From the IMG/VR virus record IMGVR_UViG_3300023210_000023: 64,000 bases of DNA, one strand, 5' to 3'. The translations under genes and the position numbers were made by a program. A model generated the notes under the pieces. That model did not search any database, was not told where the DNA came from, and saw only the letters and a program-made list of their open reading frames with translations. Within the stretch, counting starts at the first letter, position 1. Every line of letters starts with the position of its first letter. The DNA is from an uncultured virus (IMG/VR IMGVR_UViG_3300023210_000023) (lineage: Duplodnaviria > Heunggongvirae > Uroviricota > Caudoviricetes). Shown here one piece after another: positions 1 through 11,068 of this stretch.

Positions 1-1
1 T

Positions 2-79
2 GGTATTGATGGAAAAATGGTTCATAAAACATGTAAGGCAGATTATGATATAAAAATCACAACAAAAGATAAAAAGTAA
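2..79 (+). CDS. 3' end of a gene truncated by the window edge (…GIDGKMVHKTCKADYDIKITTKDKK*)
   Basis: Open frame from position 2 to TAA at 77-79, 3 nt before the ATG at 83, which fits the tight gene packing elsewhere. Too short for a function call. Confidence 0.5.
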   Translation, partial: GIDGKMVHKTCKADYDIKITTKDKK

Positions 80-82
80 AAA

Positions 83-3000
83 ATGCCAATCACTCCATTT
101 AATAGTTTAAGAAATCCGTATAGTGTTAGTCAAACATATTTAAATGGATTAGGAAATACTGTTACTACAGGTAACGGTTATGCTGTCATAGTTAGATTAG
201 TTGATGTTACGTCTATGAGATGGACACCAGATAATCCTGGTCAAGTTGGAACTAGTTGGTCATATGTTCAAAATATAAATGAATTTAATGTACCACCATG
301 GGCAACAGTTCCAACTCCCAATTACCTAGGAGGATCTGGTATTGCGATGGAAGGAAGTGGAGGTTGGTCAAATGTACTATTTGAATGTGACGCAGCCCTA
401 AATGGGGGTCAACCTACCCATGCTTCATATACCGCATTTTTTAGTCAAGATGATTATCTTAATTCTGACATGGCTGCAAGTGCTCCTAATCCACAAATGT
501 GGGAAGTAGGAAAACAAATGACTTATACTTTTGATTCAGAAGATCCAACCTGGTTACCAATAGCAAATGGGGCATTTAGAGCAAATTTTTCATTTACTTT
601 TGAAATTATTGAAGTTGTAGATGAAGCAACATATAATAATGGTGCTGGGGTTCCATCAGGTCCTTTAATTACTCAAGCAACATATGGAGATATTCCTGTA
701 GGTACTATTACGGCTATGCCAGGAGATCCTAATTGTAATGGATGTACAGATTTATATTATAATATTGGTGTAACAACAAGACAAAATCACCCAATTAATA
801 GTAAACCAGGAAACTATTTATCACATGCTGGTCCTTATATACCTTCAGGCCCAAGTGTAAATATGACTACTAATTCAATTAATGATCCATTTAGTATTCC
901 TTTTAGTTATCCTTTTACAGTACTAGCTGTACCTACTGCAGGTGCAACACCCACTACTGCTTTAATGCATACTGCAGTTAATAATGGTATGACTCCCGGA
1001 TGGTATTTAGGAAGTTTATTTACTATTTGTAAAAATACATGTTTATCATGTAGGGATCCTTATGCATTAAATTATGACAAGTCAACGTCACCTGTTTGGG
1101 ATGTAAACTTTTCTTCTCTTCCAGTTGGTAATGCTAGTGCTGCTATGTTTCAGTATGTTGTTGCCAACATTGGAAATCCTCAAAGAGATTGTGTTGGACA
1201 GTATCAATTTCCTTATGACTCAAACAATGATTGGAATTATGACCCAAAAGATGTTGATTGCTGTTTATATGAACCTGAAGGTGGATCAGGAAGCGGTTGT
1301 GATCCTGAAAATCCAAGATGTGGTTGTATGGATCCTAATGCTGCAAACTTTTGTGCTACTTGTACTGAAGATTGTATTAATGTAACATCTGGTTCAGATA
1401 TATCATGTTGTGAATATTATCATATGTGGGAAATATGTGGAGCACATGGTGCCTATGTTCCATCATATAATATGGGAATTAATGGTTTTGAAGGTGTAAT
1501 AGCAACTCCTCCTTATCCTGTTTTATTTAATCTTACAGGTAACAATTCTAACTCAGGGAATATATCCCAAGTAAATAGTCCTGACACTAATCAAGAGTTT
1601 TTGGATTATGTTGAAGCTTTTCAAGGTGCTCCTGTGGGAGGATTACAAATTGGTGATAGAATACAGATGAGAAGTATGGGTATGCCTAGTGATTGGTGGT
1701 GTTTAGAATATAAAGGTCCTCAACCTAACAATGCAGCCTTCTATGATAATTTAGCAGGTGGTACAGGAACAAATAGTTCTCAACATTGGAGATCTCATGA
1801 TTGGTGGAATACTCCTCCTGCTACAACAGGTACTCTGGATCTACTAATGGATCCTGATTGCTTTACATGTACTAATCCTGAACTAGCTAATCCTAGTTAT
1901 AGAGAATATACAGTCTGTGATGGTCCTCATGCTGGTGAAATTATAAATGTTATAAATAGTTGGGCAACTGATCCTGTTGATCATTTTATGAACACTGATC
2001 CTGGTAATCCAAATTTTTGGTTGTTTAGTAATGAGATTGGTTTAGTAAAACCAAACATGAGTTGTACAACTTGTCAAAGTGGTGTTGCATGGATGTTACT
2101 TGGAGAAACATTAGAAGTTACATTTTCTGGAGTAAAATACTGTTTAGAATACACTGGTGGTGGTACTAGTCCAAGAGGAACAGATACTGGAGGATGGATA
2201 GAAGGTATAGGTGCAGGAACAGATAATTTTATTAAAATTGATCCACAAGATCCTTCAGATCTTCAAGATATATGGGATAACTGTAATGATTGTAATATTA
2301 ATATTATAGAACCTTGTATTCCAATTTGTACAGATCCTAGTTCATCCAATTATAATCCTGGACCATACTCAATAAATGAATGTGATTGTAATGGTAATTC
2401 TCTACCGTCTAATCAAGCTGCTGGTTGGAATGATTGTTGTGGACCAGATCCATGTGATGGTAATTGTAATGATCCAATAGCAAATAATTATGATCCAGAT
2501 GCAACAGGATGTTGTGGATCAGGTTTAGGTATAGGAGCACCTATTAGCGAAAATACAGCAGGAAACTGTGATGATTCAGATACTATTGTTACAGGTCAGC
2601 ATTCAACTTCAACTTTTCATCAATATTTAAGTACACAAGCAAATGGTTTAACATCTATAGATGTAGATACTATTCAATATGAAAATATGGATTCTGTTTG
2701 GTTTGGTGCACCAACACCTCCAGGCACATGTGTAGGGCCTAATGGTGGATATATGACATCATTTAGTTTAAGTGATGGATATATACCACATTCTTCAATT
2801 CAAGCAGATATAAATCCTGGTTCTCCAGGTACAGTATATACTACATGGGATGCATTAATAACTCAATGTATAACTACTGGTGTTACAGGAGTAACTACAC
2901 AAACAACATTTGATGAATTAAATATTCTTTTAACAGCATGGAATCCTAATGGTGCTGGTATACCTGTAGAAATTACTCCACCTACAAATGTATTTTGTCA

Positions 3001-6000
3001 ATGTGAATATGCATCTTATACTCAAAACAATGATTGTTGTACATACAACTGGACTTGTTCTTCAGATGTTCCTGCATTTGCACAACAATGGCCGGTACAA
3101 GATTCAAACTCATCAAGAAGTAATGTAAAAACTCAATATAATAAGAAATTTGGTTTAACCATTAGTGATATAAATCCAAGACCAGAATCTACATTTAACC
3201 ACATTAATGATACTGGTTATGTATTCCCAGGAACAGCATATTTAAATACACCTTTAAGACTTAGTAATTTTAGAAATTTAGGATTACACTTTAATAGTAA
3301 TGAAGGAAGTCAAGGATGGGGAGGTGGTAAACAACCTAAATTAACGTATACTAATATTTATCCTGAAGAATGGGGTTATGCATATAGCTTTATGCAGGCT
3401 ATAACAGATGGAACAATTATTAATGGTGATACTATAGATCTTACTCAAGCTTATTATAAAGTAAAGACTAATATGATTAGTCTAGAAGGAAACTTTCTTA
3501 ATAAAAAAGCTAAGGTTATAACAACCACTATACCAGGAGGAACTGCAGCAACTGGATTATATTATCATATTATACCTGCTGGAAGTATTACAATACCTCA
3601 ACAATTTCAAAGTGTATTTCCTACTGTTGCTGGTATTAAGTTTAATACATGGAAATCATTTTATAAAGAATTATTAAATTATAACTTACCAGCATCAGCT
3701 ACTACATGGGAATCAGTTTCTAATTGGATAGTTGATAAGGTAAAGAATGCTCCTGGATTAAGTGATGTTGCACACAAAGCTGCTCCAGAATTTGCTAGAG
3801 AAAGTATTCAATGGATGGTAAGTGCAACAAGTGGATGTTTATGTTATGAAGATCCGTCAGGTTCATACGCTACTCAAACAGAATGTCAAACTACACTTAC
3901 AAATCCAGATGATAATTCACAAAACTGTTGTGCATGTGTATATGGTTGTACTGATCCTACTGCATACAACTATAACCCATTAGCCTCTTGTGATGATGGA
4001 AGTTGTTTAGATTGTGAGCCTTTTATTATTAAACAATGCAACTTTAATGTTTATTATCTGGCATATCAATGTTCTACAATTGAATCAAGTGACTGTTGGA
4101 TGACACCGCAAACTTGTAATTATTCTCAAGCTCTTCTTACTTCTTGGGGAATGCAAAATTATGGTGATGTTATAACATTTAATTACAATCCAAACTATGA
4201 TCCAATTCCAGGAACAAATCCAATGCCAGCCACATCTCCTGGTACATATTGCTGGCAATGGATAGATCCTAATGATACTGATTATTTAAATTGGTTAAAT
4301 CTAGGTAATACTCTTGGACCATACACTGTACCTCAACAATGGTCAATAGAAGCTAATCATGCTCCCGGTTTAAATTTAAGTCTTACACCTTATGACAATA
4401 CATCATATGAAACAACATGTTCATTCTGTGGAAATACTGAAGGTTGTACTGACCCATTAGCACTTAACTATGACCCATCAGCTAATATTGATAATGGTTC
4501 ATGTATATACTGTGTTTACGGTTGTACGGATGCTACTACAGAAGCTAATGGTTTTCCTGATATAAACGGTTATGATAATACTGCTGTTTATGATTGTGAT
4601 GCGTCAACTACAGTACCAACATCAGGTGCTTTATGTCCATATCCTTGTACTAATGGTTATGAAAATAGTAATTATAATCCTTGTGCAACTTGTGATGATG
4701 GAACATGTGAACAACCTGAGTTTCATAAATGGTCTGCATGTAGTGGAGATCCAGCGGGTGAGTTTACATTAGTTGCACCTGGTGCTACAAATACAGATAT
4801 TTTTGCACAAGACTGGTTTTGGCAAAATGTAGGTTCTCCCGTTGTAGGACAAACAATAAATACTATAGATGGAACTGGAAAAACATGTTATGAATACAAA
4901 GGTACTTCTGCCACATCTGTAGGTTCTCCAGGTTTTGCTATGCCACAAATGAGTTTATGGGAATTTGATGAAATATGGAATACTGATTGTACATCATGTA
5001 CATGTATTTATGGTTGTACAGATCCTACAATGTGTAATTATGACGCTACAGCTACTTGTGATGATGGCTCATGTTGTAATGAAACAGGTTGTTTAGATCC
5101 AATAGCATTTAACTATTGTGCTACATGTTGCTGTGAAGGACCTTGTGAAGCTGTTAAAAAAGGATGTATGGATTCTGAAGCAAATAATTACGATCCTACA
5201 GCTAATACACCATGTCAAAGTTGTTGTGATTATACAGTTTATGGATGTACAGATATAAATGCAATTAACTTTGATCCAACTGCAACAATAAATGCAACAT
5301 CTGCTACAGATCCAACAGACCCATGTAAATATTTAGATCAATGTAAAAGAGCTCCAAGAGAGTTTGGTTCTGATCCTACTAAAAAGTTAAACATTGAATG
5401 TGAATTTGCAAGTGATGTATACAAAGAATATAGAAAAGAAAGATACGGTTTATCAAACTATTGTGGTTCTGATTTACCAGATCATCTTCATGAAAAACAA
5501 TTATGTGATTGGGAAGATACTAAAAGACCTGCTTATTTAAGTTCAACAATAGAAGTCTTAGCTACATATGAATATCCTATTGTAGAAGGTGAACCTGATT
5601 GGTTAGATCCAGCTAGACCGGCTTGGACAATCAAAAACTGTGGTTTAGTATCAGATGTAGATATAGATATTTACTTTATGTATGATTGTACATCAATGGG
5701 TATTGCTGCAATTCAACAACAAAGAAATGCTGCAGATGATTGGATTAATGGATTTGCTGAACCATTTGCAGGTGAAGTATATCATGTACTAGTAGCTGGA
5801 GAAAGATGGGTAGATTGGGCAACAACAATATTTACAGGAGAATGGAATAATGCTGGAACATGTGGAGGTAAAGATTCATTTTGTGTAGTAAATAGTGTTC
5901 CTGCTGATTACGGATCTTGTCTTAATACTGGTAGAGCAGATGCTGTGGCTCCAACAGACATGAGTGTTATTAGTAAATTTTGGGCTCCAATGGCTTGGGG

Positions 6001-9000
6001 TAATATAAATAATAAAGCTTGGTATTCTTCTGCACCTTTAGGATATGACAATGGTACTATAACACATTTTGGTTATCCACCAGCTCTTACAAAAAGAGAA
6101 GTATTAGGAGTATTTTTTGCTGATGAATCAGCTACTGGTACTGGAACTGGTTCTGATGCACAACCTTATCATGTACAAGGATGTACTCCTAATGGTTGTA
6201 TAGCAACATGGCCTCAAGCTACTGATGGTACAGGTACTAATGCTGCTGATTCAGTATTAACAGAATGTTTTAAAGCTGATTATGATAAGTACATAGAAAA
6301 ATATAAAATGCACTTAGCAAAAGGACCATTACATAAAGCAACAATGGTGATTTATCCTGCTAAACCATTAGTAGCACCACACCCTGCACATCGTGGATTT
6401 CCATTACATGCATTAGCTGCAGTAGATAGTGGTAATAATGATCCTAAAGATGGAAGATATGCTACAGGTACAAGACCTAATAATTCACTTGTTGATTTAA
6501 TAAACATTGAAACAGGTAATCCATATTGGGATACCACTAATCCAAATCAACCATCTTCCCATACATATGGATATGGGGGATTAGATAATTATGGATGGCG
6601 TGCTAATGTGGGATCAGGAACATTTAATTCTAGTTTATTTAAAGCTGATCTTGAAAAATATTGGGATCCTAATAAGTTAAAATGTGGTGGTTCAGAATGT
6701 ATTTTAGTTAATGTAGTAAATCAAAACAATGTAGCAATTCCTGATTATTCTATTTATGTTGATGGAGGTTTTAAAGGTAAAACAGATGAGTTTGGTAGAT
6801 TACAATTCCAAATAGAAAATGCTGCTGCAAAAACAAATCATATAATTAATTTTTGTTTATGTCTTGAAACAAAAGGTAACTGTAGACAACAACAAATAAA
6901 AATAGTAGTAAATGAGGAATGTGCTCCTGAGTGTTGTGTAGATCCAACAGGAGTATCATGTGAAACTTATATAGCACCGACGCAAGTATTTGAAGGCTGT
7001 ACTGATCCAAATGCAAGTAACTATAATACTATGGCTACAGTAGATGATGGAAGCTGTTTATATTGTGATCCAGAAATTACTATTTATGAAACACATATTA
7101 ATGCAAGTGCGGCTGGTGTAAATGATGGAAGTATTACTGCAGGTGTATCCAGTGGTACTTTACCTTATACTTATTCTTGGACAGGACCAAGCGGTTATAC
7201 TGCAAGTACTGCTGTAATTACTAATTTAGCTGGAGGTATATACAACCTAACAGTAACAGATGATAGAAATTGTACTGCTATAATAATAGTTAATTTAGAT
7301 CAACCACCTTTAATATATGGTTGTATGGATAATACATATGGATTATGGCCTAATATAAATGGAGTTAATCAAATTGGTGCAGTATGTTCATATCCATGTA
7401 CTGATGATGGAACATTAACAGGTGCCCCAAAAGGTTATAAATATTTCTGTTTTAATCCTGATGCAACAGATCCTGACACATGTTGTGAAGCAGGTTGTAC
7501 AGACCCTAATGCTGTAACAGGTCCACAAGGATATTGTGCATCATGTACACATGATTGTAATATGGAACCAATAGGCACAAATAATCCAGGATGGGATAGT
7601 TGTTGTGATTTATGTGTAAATGGTTGTATGGATCCTATAGCTGGTAACTATGATCCTAATGCTACATGTGATGATGGAAATTGTGTGTATTATTGGGAAT
7701 GTGATGAAGCTGCTTATGATATAAATGAAATAATACAATATAACTATACACTTTCTAATATTAATAATACAGGTATTTATGTAGATACATCATGTTCAGC
7801 TGGTTTTTGTGATATAAACGGTTTCTATTTTGCACTTGCAGATTATTATTCTACAGCAGGAAATACAGGTTTAATTCCTGCACAAGAAGTAACTGCTGTA
7901 GCAAACACTACAGGAAATAGTAATTTTGGTTCGTTCTCATCTTGGAATGCATGTCCATTAACTGTATTACTACCTAATTTTCCTGAAGCAGAAAACAATC
8001 CACTATTGACTTTAACAGGTTTTACTACAGAAAATACATATGGTCCTACAGGATCTGCTAGTTGTTATGCACAATTACAAATTGCACAGTTTGGAGCAAA
8101 TTATATATTTCCTACATGGGGTCACTATGTTAATTGGCATAATGGGGCAGGTGGGCCTAACCAAACTTGTGCGGGAAGTCAAATAAATATGATACTTGGT
8201 GGTCAAGACTATAGTTATGTTGTTGATGCACACTATACTGTAAATTCATCAGGTGATATGTATAGTCCTGATCCAGAAGATAATTGGGTATATTATAAAT
8301 CTCATGAACCTCAGTGTACAGGATATAATGATTGTGAATGTAATAGAGTACTTACTGAAGCAGATAATGATGGGATGCCTGGAACTCATCCAACTGAACA
8401 ACAATGTGACGATGCTATTAACTGTTGTGGAGAACAACCGGTAGAAATAGGTGGTTGTATTGATAATGGATATGTAGACCAACATGCTGATTTTGGAACA
8501 TGGGGTGCATTAACAATAGCTGATTGGTGGACAAATGGATTAAATGCAGTCGGTTTATCTTACAGTCAAGAAACACCATGTGCTAATGGTATAGTAGCTC
8601 ATGAACTTGTTATTAACGGAGGGGCAGGAACAGTTGGTACTGGAGTACCAAACAATTATCAATATGGTGTACCAGCATTAAACTATGATCCTCTAGCTAC
8701 TTATGATGATGGATCATGTTGTTATTGTACTGGTTGTATGGAGCCTTCAGATCTAAATTATGAAGAAGGGGCATGTTTTAGTGATATAGACTTATGTGTT
8801 GGATCAGAACCACCACCGACGTTAGGATGTATGGATCCAGCTGCTTTAACATATGATATTAATGCTAATACACATCTACCGACTGCATGTACATATGCAG
8901 GTTGTATGGATGCAGCGGCTACTAATTTTATGACTTTTGAAGTCAATGGTTTAGTAACATATGAATGGGCTGGAAATCCTGGATACAATTATAATTCTAC

Positions 9001-9832
9001 AGATATAGTGGCTAGTTGTACTAGCTGTTGTGCAGCACCACCTGCTTATTTTGAATGTACAGCAATTCCATTTAGTAATCCATGTTTTGATGGATCTGGG
9101 GCAATAGGTCATTCACTTACTAATACTAGTGGAAATGGAGGTGATTTTTCTAGTAGGCACGAATTAAGTAGATCTTATCAGTTAACTCAATTTACTAATT
9201 CATGTCAAACTATGAGTTATTCTATGTCAGATTGGGATGATGCTCAAAGTGCTGTATATGCTTGGTCAAATGCTGCAAGTGGAAGTGTTGAAGAGTATGC
9301 TAATGATTGGTTTTTCTGGTACGCAACAAATAATACTTTTGGATGTGCGTGGAGTAGTGCTCAAATAAATACAGTGTATACTAATATGAATTATCAGTCA
9401 CCAATTGGCACAAGTGGTTTTAATATTGGTAGTGGTTCATCAGGAAGTATGGTTCAAAAATCACATGCCAAACCAATGATAATTTCAGCAATGGCAATAT
9501 ACGACTCAGATAGTAATGGTCAAGGACAATTATGGTATAGAGATTATAATACTTCTACACTAAGTTGGGGAGAACTAAGATCTGAACTGATAAATACTTA
9601 TGGTTTTGATGGGACAAGTGGAAAACCAGATATTACTGGTTTAGATGCAAGACAGGTAGAAGATTTACTAAGTGCAAATAGTACTAATTGGGAACAAATT
9701 TGGGTTGGATTTTGTAGTGCAGCATGTACGTTAGATGTTCATAATGTTTGTCTACCTTCCCCTGTTGGTACAATGTATTCATCATGTGCAGCTTGTGAAT
9801 CTGGTACTGGATGTGATTGTGGCGGATGTTAG
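83..9832 (+). CDS. Giant Cys-rich repeat protein, probable virion surface/tail-fibre adhesin
   Basis: About 19 copies (by eye) of GC[TM]DPxAxNY[DN]PxAxxDDGSC, one SprB-like repeat (~7070-7310), a vWA-like start (DIYFMYDCTSMG), and position in the structural module. Confidence 0.75.
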   Translation: MPITPFNSLRNPYSVSQTYLNGLGNTVTTGNGYAVIVRLVDVTSMRWTPDNPGQVGTSWSYVQNINEFNVPPWATVPTPNYLGGSGIAMEGSGGWSNVLFECDAALNGGQPTHASYTAFFSQDDYLNSDMAASAPNPQMWEVGKQMTYTFDSEDPTWLPIANGAFRANFSFTFEIIEVVDEATYNNGAGVPSGPLITQATYGDIPVGTITAMPGDPNCNGCTDLYYNIGVTTRQNHPINSKPGNYLSHAGPYIPSGPSVNMTTNSINDPFSIPFSYPFTVLAVPTAGATPTTALMHTAVNNGMTPGWYLGSLFTICKNTCLSCRDPYALNYDKSTSPVWDVNFSSLPVGNASAAMFQYVVANIGNPQRDCVGQYQFPYDSNNDWNYDPKDVDCCLYEPEGGSGSGCDPENPRCGCMDPNAANFCATCTEDCINVTSGSDISCCEYYHMWEICGAHGAYVPSYNMGINGFEGVIATPPYPVLFNLTGNNSNSGNISQVNSPDTNQEFLDYVEAFQGAPVGGLQIGDRIQMRSMGMPSDWWCLEYKGPQPNNAAFYDNLAGGTGTNSSQHWRSHDWWNTPPATTGTLDLLMDPDCFTCTNPELANPSYREYTVCDGPHAGEIINVINSWATDPVDHFMNTDPGNPNFWLFSNEIGLVKPNMSCTTCQSGVAWMLLGETLEVTFSGVKYCLEYTGGGTSPRGTDTGGWIEGIGAGTDNFIKIDPQDPSDLQDIWDNCNDCNINIIEPCIPICTDPSSSNYNPGPYSINECDCNGNSLPSNQAAGWNDCCGPDPCDGNCNDPIANNYDPDATGCCGSGLGIGAPISENTAGNCDDSDTIVTGQHSTSTFHQYLSTQANGLTSIDVDTIQYENMDSVWFGAPTPPGTCVGPNGGYMTSFSLSDGYIPHSSIQADINPGSPGTVYTTWDALITQCITTGVTGVTTQTTFDELNILLTAWNPNGAGIPVEITPPTNVFCQCEYASYTQNNDCCTYNWTCSSDVPAFAQQWPVQDSNSSRSNVKTQYNKKFGLTISDINPRPESTFNHINDTGYVFPGTAYLNTPLRLSNFRNLGLHFNSNEGSQGWGGGKQPKLTYTNIYPEEWGYAYSFMQAITDGTIINGDTIDLTQAYYKVKTNMISLEGNFLNKKAKVITTTIPGGTAATGLYYHIIPAGSITIPQQFQSVFPTVAGIKFNTWKSFYKELLNYNLPASATTWESVSNWIVDKVKNAPGLSDVAHKAAPEFARESIQWMVSATSGCLCYEDPSGSYATQTECQTTLTNPDDNSQNCCACVYGCTDPTAYNYNPLASCDDGSCLDCEPFIIKQCNFNVYYLAYQCSTIESSDCWMTPQTCNYSQALLTSWGMQNYGDVITFNYNPNYDPIPGTNPMPATSPGTYCWQWIDPNDTDYLNWLNLGNTLGPYTVPQQWSIEANHAPGLNLSLTPYDNTSYETTCSFCGNTEGCTDPLALNYDPSANIDNGSCIYCVYGCTDATTEANGFPDINGYDNTAVYDCDASTTVPTSGALCPYPCTNGYENSNYNPCATCDDGTCEQPEFHKWSACSGDPAGEFTLVAPGATNTDIFAQDWFWQNVGSPVVGQTINTIDGTGKTCYEYKGTSATSVGSPGFAMPQMSLWEFDEIWNTDCTSCTCIYGCTDPTMCNYDATATCDDGSCCNETGCLDPIAFNYCATCCCEGPCEAVKKGCMDSEANNYDPTANTPCQSCCDYTVYGCTDINAINFDPTATINATSATDPTDPCKYLDQCKRAPREFGSDPTKKLNIECEFASDVYKEYRKERYGLSNYCGSDLPDHLHEKQLCDWEDTKRPAYLSSTIEVLATYEYPIVEGEPDWLDPARPAWTIKNCGLVSDVDIDIYFMYDCTSMGIAAIQQQRNAADDWINGFAEPFAGEVYHVLVAGERWVDWATTIFTGEWNNAGTCGGKDSFCVVNSVPADYGSCLNTGRADAVAPTDMSVISKFWAPMAWGNINNKAWYSSAPLGYDNGTITHFGYPPALTKREVLGVFFADESATGTGTGSDAQPYHVQGCTPNGCIATWPQATDGTGTNAADSVLTECFKADYDKYIEKYKMHLAKGPLHKATMVIYPAKPLVAPHPAHRGFPLHALAAVDSGNNDPKDGRYATGTRPNNSLVDLINIETGNPYWDTTNPNQPSSHTYGYGGLDNYGWRANVGSGTFNSSLFKADLEKYWDPNKLKCGGSECILVNVVNQNNVAIPDYSIYVDGGFKGKTDEFGRLQFQIENAAAKTNHIINFCLCLETKGNCRQQQIKIVVNEECAPECCVDPTGVSCETYIAPTQVFEGCTDPNASNYNTMATVDDGSCLYCDPEITIYETHINASAAGVNDGSITAGVSSGTLPYTYSWTGPSGYTASTAVITNLAGGIYNLTVTDDRNCTAIIIVNLDQPPLIYGCMDNTYGLWPNINGVNQIGAVCSYPCTDDGTLTGAPKGYKYFCFNPDATDPDTCCEAGCTDPNAVTGPQGYCASCTHDCNMEPIGTNNPGWDSCCDLCVNGCMDPIAGNYDPNATCDDGNCVYYWECDEAAYDINEIIQYNYTLSNINNTGIYVDTSCSAGFCDINGFYFALADYYSTAGNTGLIPAQEVTAVANTTGNSNFGSFSSWNACPLTVLLPNFPEAENNPLLTLTGFTTENTYGPTGSASCYAQLQIAQFGANYIFPTWGHYVNWHNGAGGPNQTCAGSQINMILGGQDYSYVVDAHYTVNSSGDMYSPDPEDNWVYYKSHEPQCTGYNDCECNRVLTEADNDGMPGTHPTEQQCDDAINCCGEQPVEIGGCIDNGYVDQHADFGTWGALTIADWWTNGLNAVGLSYSQETPCANGIVAHELVINGGAGTVGTGVPNNYQYGVPALNYDPLATYDDGSCCYCTGCMEPSDLNYEEGACFSDIDLCVGSEPPPTLGCMDPAALTYDINANTHLPTACTYAGCMDAAATNFMTFEVNGLVTYEWAGNPGYNYNSTDIVASCTSCCAAPPAYFECTAIPFSNPCFDGSGAIGHSLTNTSGNGGDFSSRHELSRSYQLTQFTNSCQTMSYSMSDWDDAQSAVYAWSNAASGSVEEYANDWFFWYATNNTFGCAWSSAQINTVYTNMNYQSPIGTSGFNIGSGSSGSMVQKSHAKPMIISAMAIYDSDSNGQGQLWYRDYNTSTLSWGELRSELINTYGFDGTSGKPDITGLDARQVEDLLSANSTNWEQIWVGFCSAACTLDVHNVCLPSPVGTMYSSCAACESGTGCDCGGC

Positions 9833-9872
9833 TAAAGAATAATAAAGTAAATAATTGTATAAGATATAAATC

Positions 9873-9886
9873 TTTTGTATATTATA
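9873..9886 (+). promoter_or_regulatory. Candidate phage late promoter motif (TTTTGTATATTATA)
   Basis: Same T-run + GTAWATTATA motif recurs in intergenic gaps before ORFs at 13022, 25168 and 61610. Confidence 0.55.
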
Positions 9887-9904
9887 CTATAAAGAATAAA
9901 GTAT

Positions 9905-11050
9905 ATGCTTCCTATAAATAAGAAAAGTGGTCCATGTGACCCAATATCTTCAAACTGTGTAATTTGGCAAGGTCCAGATCTACCATGTGTAGATATTTGT
10001 AATGGAGACAGCATTAGTGCTGTTATAGCAGGATTATGTGATCAACTTGTGATTCTACAAAATGGGAGTGGAGATGGAATACACATAGATCAAATCAATC
10101 AAACAACTTTAAATGGTGGCCCTGCAACTACAGAAACAGAGTTAATCCAATTAATAATAAACAATATAAGTAACTCAGGAGGATCAGGTTCAGGAAGCGG
10201 TTCAATATGGTCTTGTAAAGAGACATATGAGTGTACTCTAGGTGTTCCAGACTGTTTAACAAGTATAACAAATGATTTATCTAATCCTGATAGTCTTGAA
10301 GATATTCTTATCTATTTAATGAATGAGCATTGTAGTGGGATACAACATAGAAATGCATTAACTAACTCAATACAAAAAGCAGTTACTGATGTAGCTGCTG
10401 TGAAAGCACAACCAAAAGGAGATCCAAATCCAACATTACAATCAGTTTATGTAGATAAAGGTAATACTGCTCAACAACCTATTGCGGTTGTATTAAATAA
10501 AGTAGAGGTAGCATATGGACATACTGCAGATGCTGTAGGTACTGATGTAAATGTATCAAGTGCATTAGCAGTTACACCAACTAATGCTTTACCTTTAGAT
10601 CAACCAATTACAAAAAGAACCGGTTTTGTCCCAGCTTTAGATCAAAACCCAACAAGCCTTGCTCAATCACTTGCAACAGCAATGAGATTAATTGCTGATT
10701 TAAGAGGTGCTGTAGAAAAATTACAAATAGATTCTGGAACAAATGGTATACTTAGCAGGATGGTTGATATAAATACATTCTATGCACTTGGTTCAAGTTG
10801 TGTTCAAGCAGTTACAAATGCAGGAACATCTTCAAACTGTGTTGATTTATGGAATGAAACAGGTGTTCAGTTTGATACATCTGTTAGAGCATATAGCGCA
10901 CCTGTTGGTGAAAGTAGTTATGAACTTACAACAAATAGTTGGCATGCAGTATGCCCAGGTACAGCACTAGTAGCACAGTATTTAGGTGGAGCATCTGGAA
11001 CAAACACAGCTCCTTTCTGGTCTACACCAACAACTGGATGTGCACCTTAA
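9905..11050 (+). CDS. Putative tail/baseplate-associated structural protein with Cys-rich N-terminal domain
   Basis: N-terminal CDPISSNCVIWQGPDLPCVDICNGDSISAVIAGL module, coiled-coil-like middle, structural gene context. Confidence 0.55.
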   Translation: MLPINKKSGPCDPISSNCVIWQGPDLPCVDICNGDSISAVIAGLCDQLVILQNGSGDGIHIDQINQTTLNGGPATTETELIQLIINNISNSGGSGSGSGSIWSCKETYECTLGVPDCLTSITNDLSNPDSLEDILIYLMNEHCSGIQHRNALTNSIQKAVTDVAAVKAQPKGDPNPTLQSVYVDKGNTAQQPIAVVLNKVEVAYGHTADAVGTDVNVSSALAVTPTNALPLDQPITKRTGFVPALDQNPTSLAQSLATAMRLIADLRGAVEKLQIDSGTNGILSRMVDINTFYALGSSCVQAVTNAGTSSNCVDLWNETGVQFDTSVRAYSAPVGESSYELTTNSWHAVCPGTALVAQYLGGASGTNTAPFWSTPTTGCAP

Positions 11051-11068
11051 AATTTAAAATAAAAAAAA

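Noticed and set aside
83..9832. CRISPR array or DGR template/variable repeat within the repetitive gene
   Set aside because: The repeats are conserved at protein level with divergent codons and irregular spacing. No identical nucleotide repeats, adenine-specific variant pair, cas gene or reverse transcriptase were seen.
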